Shown one piece after another: positions 12,714 to 26,873 of a stretch of DNA of 64,000 nt (the stretch's first letter is position 1; each line of letters begins with the position of its first letter). The stretch is taken from NCBI RefSeq assembly GCF_009914755.1, contig NC_060948.1; one strand, given 5' to 3'. The position numbers and the translations under genes are program-made. A model generated the notes under the pieces. It was not told the DNA's origin, did not search any database, and saw only the letters and a program-made list of their open reading frames with translations. Source of the stretch: the human T2T-CHM13v2.0 reference genome, Homo sapiens.

Positions 12714-15700
12714 GGCCTGGAATAAAGTGGAATGCTACGGTCTCGAATGGAATAAAAATGTATGGAATGGAATGCAATGAAACGGAATCGAATGTCATCG
12801 AATGTAATGGAATGCAAAAAAATGGACTCCAAAATCATTGACTGGAAAGGCTGGGTGTCGAAAGGAATTGACTCCAATGGAATGGAATCGAATGGAATGG
12901 AAGTGAATAGAATCAAACTAAATCGAATGGAATGGAATTGATAGGAACGGAATGGAAAGGAATGCAATGATTTGGCATGGAATGGAATCGAATGGCATCA
13001 AATGGAATGGAATGGAATGCAATGGAATGGAATGTATTAGAATATAATGAACTTTAATGGAATGTACTCGAATGGATTCGACTGGAATGGAATGTTCTGG
13101 AAGTGAATGGACTCCAATGGAATGGATTCCAAAGGAATGGAATCGTACGGAATGGAATCTAATGGAATGGAATTAAATGGAAATGAATCAAATTGAATAG
13201 CACGGAATTGAATTGAATGGAATGGAATGCAATGGAATCTAATGAAACGGAAAGGAAAGGAATGCAATGGAATGGAATGGGCTGGAATGGAAAGGAATCG
13301 AAACGAATGGAATGGAATCGAACTGAAGAGACTGGAATGGAAAGCACTGGAATGGAAGGGAGTGTAATGGAAGGTTCTCGAAAAAAATGGAATCGAATGG
13401 AATGCAATTGAATGGAACGGAATAGAGTCGAATGCAATTGAATGGAATGGAATGGACTAGAGTGAAATGGAATCGAACCACAAGGAATGGACAGGAATAG
13501 AATGGTCTCGAATTGAATGGAATCGTATGGAATGGCATCAAACGAAATGGAATGGACAGCCACGGAATGGAATGCACTCGAATGCAATGGAGTCGAAACT
13601 AATGGACTGGAATAGAATGGACTCGACTGGTAAGGACTCCAATGGAATGGAATCGAATGGAAGGGAAACGAACGGAATGGACTCGAAGGGAAAAGACTGC
13701 AATGGAAAGGTCTCGAATGGAATGGAAATTAATGGAATGGAATGGAATCCAATGAAATGGAGTCAAAAGGAATGGAATCGAATGGCAAGAAATCGAATGT
13801 AATGGAATCGCAAGGAATTGATGTGAACGGAACGGAATGGAATGGAATCCAAAGGAATGGAATAGAATGGAATGGAATCGAATGGAAAGGACTCGAATGG
13901 AAATCACTCGAATAGAATGCAATTTAATAAAATAGGATCAAATGTAATGGAATGGAATGGAAAGGAATCGAAACGAAAGGAATGGAGACCGATGGAATGG
14001 AATGGAACAGAGAGCAATGGTATAGAATGGAATGGAATCATCTGGAATGGAATTGAATGGAATGGAATAATATGAAATGGAATGGAATGGAATGGAATGG
14101 AATGCCCTTGAATTAAATGGACTGGAATGGAATGGACTCGAACAGAGTGGAATGGAAAGTGTTGAGATAGAATGGAATGGACTCCTTTGGAATGGTGTAG
14201 TATGCAATGTAATCGACTGGCAGGGAATCAAAAGGAATGTAATCGAATGGATTGGACTGGAATGCAATGGACTCGAATAGATTGGAAACGGAATGCAAAG
14301 GAATGGAATGGAATAGTATGGAATGGAATGGAATGGAATGGAGTGGAATAGACTAGAGTGGAATGGAATGGACTGGAAAGCAATGGACTGGAATGGAACT
14401 TTCTTGAATGGACTGGAATCAAACGGAATGGAATGCAATGCAATCAAATGGCATGGAATAAAATAGAATGAAAGAGAATCAAATGGAATTGAATCGAATG
14501 GAATCGAATGGATTGGAAAGGAATAGAATGGAATGGAATGGAATTGACTCAAATGGAATGGACTAGAATGGAATGGATTCGAATGGAAGGCAAAGGAATG
14601 GAATCTATTGGAATGGACTGTAATGGAATGGAATGGAAGGGATTGGAATGGACTCGAATGGAATGGACTGCAATAGAAAGGATTCGAATGGAATGAAAAA
14701 GAATTGAATGGAATAGAACAGAATGGAATCAAATCGAATGAAATGGAATGGAATAGAAAGGAATGGAATGAAATGGAATGGAAAGGATTCGAATGGAATG
14801 CAATCGAATGGAATGGAATCGAACGGAATGGAATAAAATGGAAGAAAACTGGCAAGAAATGGAATCGAAATGAATGGAGTGTTATGGAACGGACTCAAAA
14901 GGAATTGAATGTAATAGAATGGAGTGGAGTGGACTCGAATATAATGGACTGGAATGGAATGAAATCACATGGAATGGGAACGAATGGAATGGAATGGAAA
15001 GGAATGGAATGGAATGGAAAGGAATCGAATGGAAGGGAATGAAATTGAATCAACAGGAATGGAAGGGAATAGAATAGACGGTAATGGAATGGACTCGAAT
15101 AGAATGGACACGAATGCTCAAATTGAATGGACTCGAAAGGAATGGAAAGGAAAGGAATGTCATCGAATGGAATTGAATCGATTGGAATGAAATCGCATAG
15201 AATGGAGTGGAATCAAATGGAATTGAATCGAAAGGAAAGGAAGCGAATGGACTGAAATGAAATGGAATGGAATTGAATGGAAAGTAATGCAATGGAATAG
15301 AATGGAACGAAATTTCACGGAATGGAATCAAACTGAATGGAATCAAATCAATGGAATCTAATCAAATGGAATGGAAAGGAATTGAATGGAGTAGATTGGA
15401 TTGGATGGGATTGGAATGAAATGTACTGGAAAGGACTCGAATTTCATGAAACGGAATGGAATGAATTGGAACGGAATGGACTCGAATGGAATGGAATGTC
15501 ATCGAATGGCATCAAATGGAATGGCATCAAATGGAATGGAATCGAATGCAATGGAATGCTATGGAATGGAATGGAATGCATTGGAATGGAATGTCCTCTA
15601 ATGGAATGGATTCGAGTGGAATGGAATCGAATATAATGGAGTCGAATGAAATGGAATTGAAAAGAATGGGATCGAATACAATGGAATATACTGGAATGTA

Positions 15701-16262
15701 ATGTAATGAACTCGAATGTAATTGACTGGAATGGAATGTACATGAATGGAATGTAATCGAATAGAAAGTAATCCAATGGAATAGAATGTAATGCAATAAA
15801 ATCGACTCAGATAGAGTAGAATGTAATGGAATGGAGTGTAGTGCAATGGAATGGAATGGAATGGAATGCAATGGAATGGAATGGAATGGAATGGAATGGG
15901 ATGGAATGGTATGGAATGGATAGTAATGGACTGGAGTGAAATGGACTGGAAAGGAATGGACTCAAATTGAAAGGGCTCGAAAGGAATGGAGACAAATGGA
16001 ATGGTCTGGAATGGAATGAACACGAATGTAATGCAATCCAATAGAATGGAGTCGAATGGCAGGGAATATAAAGAAATGGAATCGAAGAGAATGGAAACAA
16101 ATGGAATGGAATTGAATGGAATGGAATTGAATGGAATGGGAACGAATGGAGTGAAATTGTATGCAGTAGAAGAGAATAGAATGGAATGCAAGCGAAAGGA
16201 AAGGAATGGATTGGAATGGAATGGAATTCATTGGAATGGAAGGGAATGTAGTGTAATGGACA
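12714..16262 (+). repeat. DYZ1 unit, 3549 bp
   Basis: GGCC at 12714 and 16263. Confidence 0.9.
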
Positions 16263-19200
16263 GGCCTGGAATAAAGTGGAATGCTACGGTCTCGAATGGA
16301 ATAAAAATGTATGGAATGGAATGCAATGAAACGGAATCGAATGTCATAGAATGTAATGGAATGCAAAAAAATGGAATCCAAAATCATTGACTGGAAAGGC
16401 TGGGTGTCGAAAGGAATTGACTCCAATGGAATGGAATCGAATGGAATGGAAGTGAATAGAATCAAACTAAATCGAATGGAATGGAATTGATAGGAACGGA
16501 ATGGAAAGGAATGCAATGATTTGGCATGGAATGGAATCGAATGGCATCAAATGGAATGGAATGGAATGCAATGGAATGGAATGTATTAGAATATAATGAA
16601 CTTTAATGGAATGTACTCGAATGGATTCGACTGGAATGGAATGTTCTGGAAGTGAATGGACTCCAATGGAATGGATTCCAAAGGAATGGAATCGTACGGA
16701 ATGGAATCTAATGGAATGGAATTAAATGGAAATGAATCAAATTGAATAGCACGGAATTGAATTGAATGGAATGGAATGCAATGGAATCTAATGAAACGGA
16801 AAGGAAAGGAATGCAATGGAATGGAATGGGCTGGAATGGAAAGGAATCGAAACGAATGGAATGGAATCGAACTGAAGAGACTGGAATGGAAAGCACTGGA
16901 ATGGAAGGGAGTGTAATGGAAGGTTCTCGAAAAAAATGGAATCGAATGGAATGCAATTGAATGGAACGGAATAGAGTCGAATGCAATTGAATGGAATGGA
17001 ATGGACTAGAGTGAAATGGAATCGAACCACAAGGAATGGACAGGAATAGAATGGTCTCGAATTGAATGGAATCGTATGGAATGGCATCAAACGAAATGGA
17101 ATGGACAGCCACGGAATGGAATGCACTCGAATGCAATGGAGTCGAAACTAATGGACTGGAATAGAATGGACTCGACTGGTAAGGACTCCAATGGAATGGA
17201 ATCGAATGGAAGGGAAACGAACGGAATGGACTCGAAGGGAAAAGACTGCAATGGAAAGGTCTCGAATGGAATGGAAATTAATGGAATGGAATGGAATCCA
17301 ATGAAATGGAGTCAAAAGGAATGGAATCGAATGGCAAGAAATCGAATGTAATGGAATCGCAAGGAATTGATGTGAACGGAACGGAATGGAATGGAATCCA
17401 AAGGAATGGAATAGAATGGAATGGAATCGAATGGAAAGGACTCGAATGGAAATCACTCAAATAGAATGAAATTTAATAAAATGGGATCAAATGTAATGGA
17501 ATGGAATGGAAAGGAATCGAAACGAAAGGAATGGAGACAGATGGAATGGAATGGAACTGAGAGCAATGGTATAGAATGGAATGGAATCATCTGGAATGGA
17601 ATTGAATGGAATGGAATAATATGAAATGGAATGGAATGGAATGGAATGCCCTTGAATTAAATGGGCTGGAATGGAATGGACTCCAACAGAGTGGAATGGA
17701 AAGTGTTGAGATAGCATGGAATGGACTCCTTTGGAATGGTCTAGTATGCAATGCAATCGACTGGCAGGGAATCAAAAGGAATGTAATCGAATGGATTGGA
17801 CTGGAATGCAATGGACTCGAATAGATTGGAAACGGAATGCAAAGGAATGGAATGGAATAGTATGGAATGGAATGGAAAGGAATGGAGTGGAATAGACTAG
17901 AGTGGAATGGAATGGACTCGAAAGCAATGGACTGGAATGGAACTTTCTTGAATGGACTGGAATCAAACGGAATGGAATGCAATGCAATCAAATGGCATGG
18001 AATAAGATAGAATGAAAGAGAATCAAATGGAATTGAATGGAATGGAATCGAATGGATTGGAAAGGAATAGAATGGAATGGAATGGAATTGACTCAAATGG
18101 AATGGACTAGAATGGAATGGATTCGAATGGAAGGCAAAGGAATGGAATCTATTGGAATGGACTGTAATGGAATGCAATGAAAGGGATTGGAATGGACTCG
18201 AATGGAATGGACTGCAATAGAAAGGATTCGAATGGAATGAAAAAGAATTGAATGGAATAGAACAGAATGGAATCAAATCGAATGAAATGGAATGGAATAG
18301 AAAGGAATGGAATGAAATGGAATGGAAAGGATTCGAATGGAATGCAATCAAATGGAATGGAATCGAACGGAATGGAATAAAATGGAAGAAAACTGGCAAG
18401 AAATGGAATCGAAATGAATGGAGTGTTATGGAATGGACTCAAAAGGAATTGAATGTAATAGAATGGAGTGGAGTGGACTCGAGTATAATGGACTGGAATG
18501 GAATGAAATCACACGGAATGGGAACGAATGGAATGGAATGGAAAGGAATGGAATCGAATGGAAAGGAATCGAATGGAAGGGAATGAAATTGAATCAACAG
18601 GAATGGAAGGGAATAGAATAGACGGTAATGGAATGGACTCGAATAGAATGGACACGAATGCTCAAATTGAATGGACTCGAATGGAATGGAAAGGAAAGGA
18701 ATGTCATCGAATGGAATTGAATCGATTGGAATGATATCGCATAGAATGGAGTAGAATCAAATGGAATTGAATCGAAAAGAAAGGAAGCGAATGGACTGAA
18801 ATGAAATGGAATGGAATTGAATGGAAAGTAATGCAATGGAATAGAATGGAACGAAATTTCACGGAATGGAATCAAACTGAATGGAATCAAATCAATAGAA
18901 TCAAATCAAATGGAATGGAAAGGAATTGAATGGAGTAGATTGGATTGGATGGGATTGGAATGAAATGTACTGGAAAGGACTCGAATTTCATGAAACGGAA
19001 TGGAATGAATTGGAACGGAATGGACTCGAATGGAATGGAATGTCATGGAATGGAATCAAATGGAATGGCATCAAATGGAATGGAATCGAATGCAATGGAA
19101 TGCTATGGAATGGAATGGAATGCATTGGAATGGAATGTCCTCTAATGGAATGGATTCGAGTGGAATGGAATCGAATATAATGGAATCGAATGAAATGGAA

Positions 19201-19785
19201 TTAAAAGAATGGGATCGAATACAATGGAATATACTGGAATGTAATGTAATGAACTCGAATGTAATTGACTGGAATGGAATGTACATGAATGGAATGTAAT
19301 CGAATGGAAAGTAATCCAATGGAATAGAATCTAATGCAATAAAATCGACTCAGATAGAGTAGAATGTAATGGAATGGAGTGCAGTGCAATGGAATGGAAT
19401 GGAATGCAATGGAATGGAATGGAATGGAATGGGATGGGATGGAATGGTATGGAATGGATAGTAATGGACTGGAAAGGAATGGACTCAAATTGAAAGGGCT
19501 CGAAAGGAATGGAGACAAATGGAATGGTCTGGAATGGAATGAACACGAATGTAATGCAATCCAATAGAATGGAGTCGAATGGCAGGGAATATAAAGAAAT
19601 GGAATCGAAGAGAATGGAAACAAATGGAATGGAATTGAATGGAATGGAATTGAATGGAATGGGAACGAATGGAGTGAAATTGTATGCAGTAGAAGAGAAT
19701 AGAATGGAATGCAAGCGAAAGGAAAGGAATGGATTGGAATGGAATGGAATTCATTGGAATGGAAGGGAATGTAGTGTAATGGACA
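16263..19785 (+). repeat. DYZ1 unit, 3523 bp (shortest; 1-bp deletion ~19202, 15-bp deletion ~19470)
   Basis: GGCC at 16263 and 19786. Confidence 0.9.
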
Positions 19786-22700
19786 GGCCTGGAATAAAGT
19801 GGAATGCTACGGTCTTGAATGGAATAAAAATGTATGGAATGGAATGCAATGAAACGGAATCGAATGTCATAGAATGTAATGCAATGCAAAAAAATGGAAT
19901 CCAAAATCATTGACTGGAAAGTCTGGGTGTCGAAAGGAATTGACTCCAATGGAATGGAATCGAATGGAATGGAAGTGAATAGAATCAAACTAAATCGAAT
20001 GGAATGGAATTGATAGGAACGGAATGGAAAGGAATGCAATGATTTGGCATGGAATGGAATCGAATGTCTTCAAATGGAATGGAATGGAATGCAATGGAAT
20101 GGAATGTATTAGAATGTAATGAACTTTAATGGAATATACTCGAATGGATTCGACTGGAATGGAATGTTCTGGAAGTGAATGGACTCCAATGGAATGGATT
20201 CAAAAGGAATGGAATCGTACGGAATGGAATCTAATGGAATGGAATTAAATGGAAATGAATCAAATTGAATAGCATGGAATTGAATTGAATGGAATGGAAT
20301 GCAATGGAATCTAATGAAACGGAAAGGAAAGGAATGCAATGGAATGGAATGGGCTGGAATGGAAAGGAATCGAAACGAATGGAATGGAATCGAACTGAAG
20401 AGACTGGAATGGAAAGCACTGGAATGGAAGGGAGTGTAATGTAAGGTTCTCGAAAAAAATGGAATCGAATGGAATGCAATTGAATGGAACGGAATAGAGT
20501 CGAATGCAATTGAATGGAATGGAATGGACTAGAGTGAAATGGAATCGAACCACAAGGAATGGACAGGAATAGAATGGTCTCGAATTGAATGGAATCGTAT
20601 GGAATGGCATCAAACGGAATGGAATGGACAGCCACGGAATGGAATGCACTCGAATGCAATGGAGTCGAAACTAATGGACTGGAATAGAATAGACTCGACT
20701 GGTAAGGACTCCAATGGAATGGAATCGAATGGAAGGGAAACGAACGGAATGGACTCGAAGGGAAAAGACTGCAATGGAAAGGTCTCGAATGGAATGGAAA
20801 TTAATGGAATGGAATGGAATCGAATGAAATGGAGGCAAAAGGAATGGAATCGAATGGCAAGAAATCGAATGTAATGGAATCGCAAGGAATTGATGTGAAC
20901 GGAACGGAATGGAATGGAATCCAAAGGAATGGAATAGAATGGAATGGAATCGAAAGGAAAGGACTCGAATGGAAATCACTCGAATAGAATGAAATTTAAT
21001 AAAATAGGATCAAATGTAATGGAATGGAATGGAAAGGAATCGAAACGAAAGGAATGGAGACAGATGGAATGGAATGGAACACAGAGCAATGGTATAGAAT
21101 GGAATGGAATCATCTGGAATGGAATTGAATGGAATGGAATAATATGAAATGGAATGGAATGAAATGGAATGCCCTTGAATTAAATGGACTGGAATGGAAT
21201 GGACTCCAACAGAGTGGAATGGAAAGTGTTGAGATAGAATGGAATGGACTCCTTTGGAATGGTCTAGTATGCAATGCAATCGACTGGCAGGGAATCAAAA
21301 GGAATGTAATCGAATGGATTGGACTGGAATGCAATGGACTCGAATAGATTGGAAACGGAATGCAAAGGAATGGAATGGAATAGTATGGAATGGAATGGAA
21401 AGGAATGGAGTGGAATAGACTAGAGTGGAATGGAATGGACTCGAAAGCAATGGACTGGAATGGAACTTTCTTGAATGGACTGGAATCAAACGGAATGGAA
21501 TGCAATGCAATCAAATGACATGGAATAAGATAGAATGAAAGAGAATCAAATGGAATTGAATCGAATGGAATCGAATGGATTGGAAAGGAATAGAATGGAA
21601 TGGAATGGAATTGACTCAAATGGAATGGACTAGAATGGAATGGATTCGAATGGAAGGCAAAGGAATGGAATCTATTGGAATGGACTGTAATGGAATGCAA
21701 TGGAAGGGATTGGAATGGACTCGAATGGAATGGACTGCAATAGAAAGGATTCGAATGGAATGAAAAAGAATTGAATGGAATAGAACAGAATGGAATCGAA
21801 TCGAATGAAATGGAATGGAATAGAAAGGAATGGAATGAAATGGAATGGAAAGGATTCGAATGGAATGCAATCGAATGGAATGGAATCGAACGGAATGGAA
21901 TAAAATGGAAGAAAACTGGCAAGAAATGGAATCGAAATGAATGGAGTGTTATGGAACGGACTCAAAAGGAATTGAATGTAATAGAATGGAGTGGAGTGGA
22001 CTCGAATATAATGGACTGGAATGGAATGAAATCACATGGAATGGGAACGAATGGAATGGAATGGAAAGGAATGGAATCGAATGGAAAGGAATCGAATGGA
22101 AGGGAATGAAATTGAATCAACAGGAATGGAAGGGAATAGAATAGACGGTAATGGAATGGACTCGAATAGAATGGACACGAATGCTCAAATTGAATGGACT
22201 CGAATGGAATGGAAACGAAAGGAATGTCATCGAATGGAATTGAATCGATTGGAATGAAATCACATAGAATGGAGTGGAATCAAATGGAATTGAATCGAAA
22301 GGAAAGGAAGCGAATGGACTGAAATGAAATGGAATGGAATTGAATGGAAAGTAATGCAATGGAATAGAATGGAACGAAATTTCACGGAACGGAATCAAAC
22401 TGAATGGAATCAAATCAATGGATTCTAATCAAATGGAATGGAAAGGAATTGAAGGGAGTAGATTGGATTGGATGGGATTGGAATGAAATGTACTGGAAAG
22501 GACTCGAATTTCATGAAACGGAATGGAATGAATTGGAACGGAAGGGACTCGAATGGAATGGAATGTCATGGAATGGCATCAAATGGAATGGCATCAAATG
22601 GAATGGAATCGAATGCAATGGAATGTTATGGAATGGAATGGAATGCATTGGAATGGAATGTCCTCTAATGGAATGGATTCGAGTGGAATGGAATCGAATA

Positions 22701-23329
22701 TAATGGAGTCGAATGAAATGGAATTGAAAAGAATGGGATCGAATACAATGGAATATACTGGAATGAAATGTAATGAACTCGAATGTAATTGACTGGAATG
22801 GAATGTACATGAATGGAATGTAATCGAATGGAAAGTAATCCAATGGAATAGAATCTAATGCAATAAAATCGACTCAGATACAGTAGAATGTAATGGAATG
22901 GAGTGCAGTGCAATGGAATGGAATGGAATGGAATGCAATGGAATGGAATGGAATGGAATGGAATGGGATGGAATGGTATGGAATGGATAGTAATGGACTG
23001 GAGTGAAATGGACTGGAAAGGGATGGACTCAAATTGAAAGGGCTCGAAAGGAATGGAGACAAATGGAATGGTCTGGAATGGAATGAACACGAATGTAATG
23101 CAATCCAATAGAATGGAGTCGAATGGCAGGGAATATAAAGAAATGGAATCGAAGAGAATGGAAACAAATGGAATGGAATTGAATGGAATGGAATTGAATG
23201 GAATGGGAACGAATGGAGTGAAATTGTATGCAGTAGAAGAGAATAGAATGGAATGCAAGCGAAAGGAAAGGAATGGATTGGAATGGAATGGAATTCATTG
23301 GAATGGAAGGGAATGTAGTGTAATGGACA
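19786..23329 (+). repeat. DYZ1 unit, 3544 bp
   Basis: GGCC at 19786 and 23330. Confidence 0.9.
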
Positions 23330-26300
23330 GGCCTGGAATAAAGTGGAATGCTACGGTCTTGAATGGAATAAAAATGTATGGAATGGAATGCAATGAAACG
23401 GAATCGAATGTCATAGAATGTAATGCAATGCAAAAAAATGGAATCCAAAATCATTGACTGGAAAGTCTGGGTGTCGAAAGGAATTGACTCCAATGGAATG
23501 GAATCGAATGGAATGGAAGTGAATAGAATCAAACGAAATCGAATGGAATGGAATTGATAGGAACGGAATGGAAAGGAATGCAATGATTTGGCATGGAATG
23601 GAATCGAATGTCTTCAAATGGAATGGAATGGAATGCAATGGAATGGAATGTATTAGAATGTAATGAACTTTAATGGAATATACTCGAATGGATTCGACTG
23701 GAATGGAATGTTCTGGAAGTGAATGGACTCCAATGGAATGGATTCAAAAGGAATGGAATCGTACGGAATGGAATCTAATGGAATGGAATTAAATGGAAAT
23801 GAATCAAATTGAATAGCACGGAATTGAATTGAATGGAATGGAATGCAATGGAATCTAATGAAACGGAAAGGAAAGGAATGCAATGGAATGGAATGGGCTG
23901 GAATGGAAAGGAATCGAAACGAATGGAATGGAATCGAACTGAAGAGACTGGAATGGAAAGCACTGGAATGGAAGGGAGTGTAATGTAAGGTTCTCGAAAA
24001 AAATGGAATCGAATGGAATGCAATTGAATGGAACGGAATAGAGTCGAATGGAATTGAATGGAATGGAATGGACTAGAGTGAAATGGAATCGAACCACAAG
24101 GAATGGACAGGAATAGAATGGTCTCGAATTGAATGGAATCGTATGGAATGGCATCAAACGGAATGGAATGGACAGCCACGGAATGGAATGCACTCGAATG
24201 CAATGGAGTCGAAACTAATGGACTGGAATAGAATAGACTCGACTGGTAAGGACTCCAATGGAATGGAATCGAATGGAAGGGAAACGAACGGAATGGACTC
24301 GAAGGGAAAAGACTGCAATGGAAAGGTCTCGAATGGAATGGAAATTAATGGAATGGAATGGAATCGAATGAAATGGAGGCAAAAGGAATGGAATCGAATG
24401 GCAAGAAATCGAATGTAATGGAATCGCAAGGAATTGATGTGAACGGAACGGAATGGAATGGAATCCAAAGGAATGGAATAGAATGGAATGGAATCGAAAG
24501 GAAAGGACTCGAATGGAAATCACTCGAATAGAATGAAATTTAATAAAATAGGATCAAATGTAATGGAATGGAATGGAAAGTAATCGAAACGAAAGGAATG
24601 GAGACAGATGGAATGGAATGGAACACAGAGCAATGGTATAGAATGGAATGGAATCATCTGGAATGGAATTGAATGGAATGGAATAATATGAAATGGAATG
24701 GAATGAAATGGAATGCCCTTGAATTAAATGGACTGGAATGGAATGGACTCCAACAGAGTGGAATGGAAAGTGTTGAGATAGAATGGAATGGACTCCTTTG
24801 GAATGGTCTAGTATGCAATGCAATCGACTGGCAGGGAATCAAAAGGAATGTAATCGAATGGATTGGACTGGAATGCAATGGACTCGAATAGATTGGAAAC
24901 GGAATGCAAAGGAATGGAATGGAATAGTATGGAATGGAATGGAAAGGAATGGAGTGGAATAGACTAGAGTGGAATGGAATGGACTCGAAAGCAATGGACT
25001 GGAATGGAACTTTCTTGAATGGACTGGAATCAAACGGAATGGAATGCAATGCAATCAAATGACATGGAATAAGATAGAATGAAAGAGAATCAAATGGAAT
25101 TAAATCGAATGGAATCGAATGGATTGGAAAGGAATAGAATGGAATGGAATGGAATTGACTCAAATGGAATGGACTAGAATGGAATGGATTCGAATGGAAG
25201 GCAAAGGAATGGAATCTATTGGAATGGACTGTAATGGAATGCAATGGAAGGGATTGGAATGGACTCGAATGGAATGGACTGCAATAGAAAGGATTCGAAT
25301 GGAATGAAAAAGAATTGAATGGAATAGAACAGAATGGAATCAAATCGAATGAAATGGAATGGAATAGAAAGGAATGGAATGAAATGGAATGGAAAGGATT
25401 CGAATGGAATGCAATCGAATGGAATGGAATCGAACGGAATGGAATAAAATGGAAGAAAACTGGCAAGAAATGGAATCGAAATGAATGGAGTGTTATGGAA
25501 CGGACTCAAAAGGAATTGAATGTAATAGAATGGAGTGGAGTGGACTCGAATATAATGGACTGGAATGGAATGAAATCACATGGAATGGGAACGAATGGAA
25601 TGGAATGGAAAGGAATGGAATCGAATGGAAAGGAATCGAATGGAAGGGAATGAAATTGAATCAACAGGAATGGAAGGGAATAGAATAGACGGTAATGGAA
25701 TGGACTCGAATAGAATGGACACGAATGCTCAAATTGAATGGACTCGAATGGAATGGAAACTAAAGGAATGTCATCGAATGGAATTGAATCGATTGGAATG
25801 AAATCACATAGAATGGAGTGGAATCAAATGGAATTGAATCGAAAGGAAAGGAAGCGAATGGACTGAAATGAAATGGAATGGAATTGAATGCAAAGTAATG
25901 CAATGGAATAGAATGGAACGAAATTTCACGGAACGGAATCAAACTGAATGGAATCAAATCAATGGAATCTAATCAAATGGAATGGAAAGGAATTGAATGG
26001 AGTAGATTGGATTGGATGGGATTGGAATGAAATGTACTGGAAAGGACTCGAATTACATGAAACGGAATGGAATGAATTGGAACGGAAGGGACTCGAATGG
26101 AATGGAATGTCATGGAATGGCATCAAATGGAATGGCATCAAATGGAGTGGAATCGAATGCAATGGAATGTTATGGAATGGAATGGAATGCATTGGAATGG
26201 AATGTCCTCTAATGGAATGGATTCGAGTGGAATGGAATCGAATATAATGGAGTCGAATGAAATGGAATTGAAAAGAATGGGATCGAATACAATGGAATAT

Positions 26301-26873
26301 ACTGGAATGAAATGTAATGAACTCGAATGTAATTGACTGGAATGGAATGTACATGAATGGAATGTAATCGAATGGAAAGTAATCCAATGGAATAGAATCT
26401 AATGCAATAAAATCGACTCAGATACAGTAGAATGTAATGGAATGGAGTGCAGTGCAATGGAATGGAATGGAATGGAATGCAATGGAATGGAATGGAATGG
26501 AATGGAATGGGATGGAATGGTATGGAATGGATAGTAATGGACTGGAGTGAAATGGACTGGAAAGGGATGGACTCAAATTGAAAGGGCTCGAAAGGAATGG
26601 AGACAAATGGAATGGTCTGGAATGGAATGAACACGAATGTAATGCAATCCAATAGAATGGAGTCGAATGGCATGGAATATAAAGAAATGGAATCGAAGAG
26701 AATGGAAACAAATGGAATGGAATTGAATGGAATGGAATTGAATGGAATGGGAACGAATGGAGTGAAATTGTATGCAGTAGAAGAGAATAGAATGGAATGC
26801 AAGCGAAAGGAAAGGAATGGATTGGAATGGAATGGAATTCATTGGAATGGAAGGGAATGTAGTGTAATGGACA
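23330..26873 (+). repeat. DYZ1 unit, 3544 bp (near twin of the preceding unit)
   Basis: GGCC at 23330 and 26874. Confidence 0.9.
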
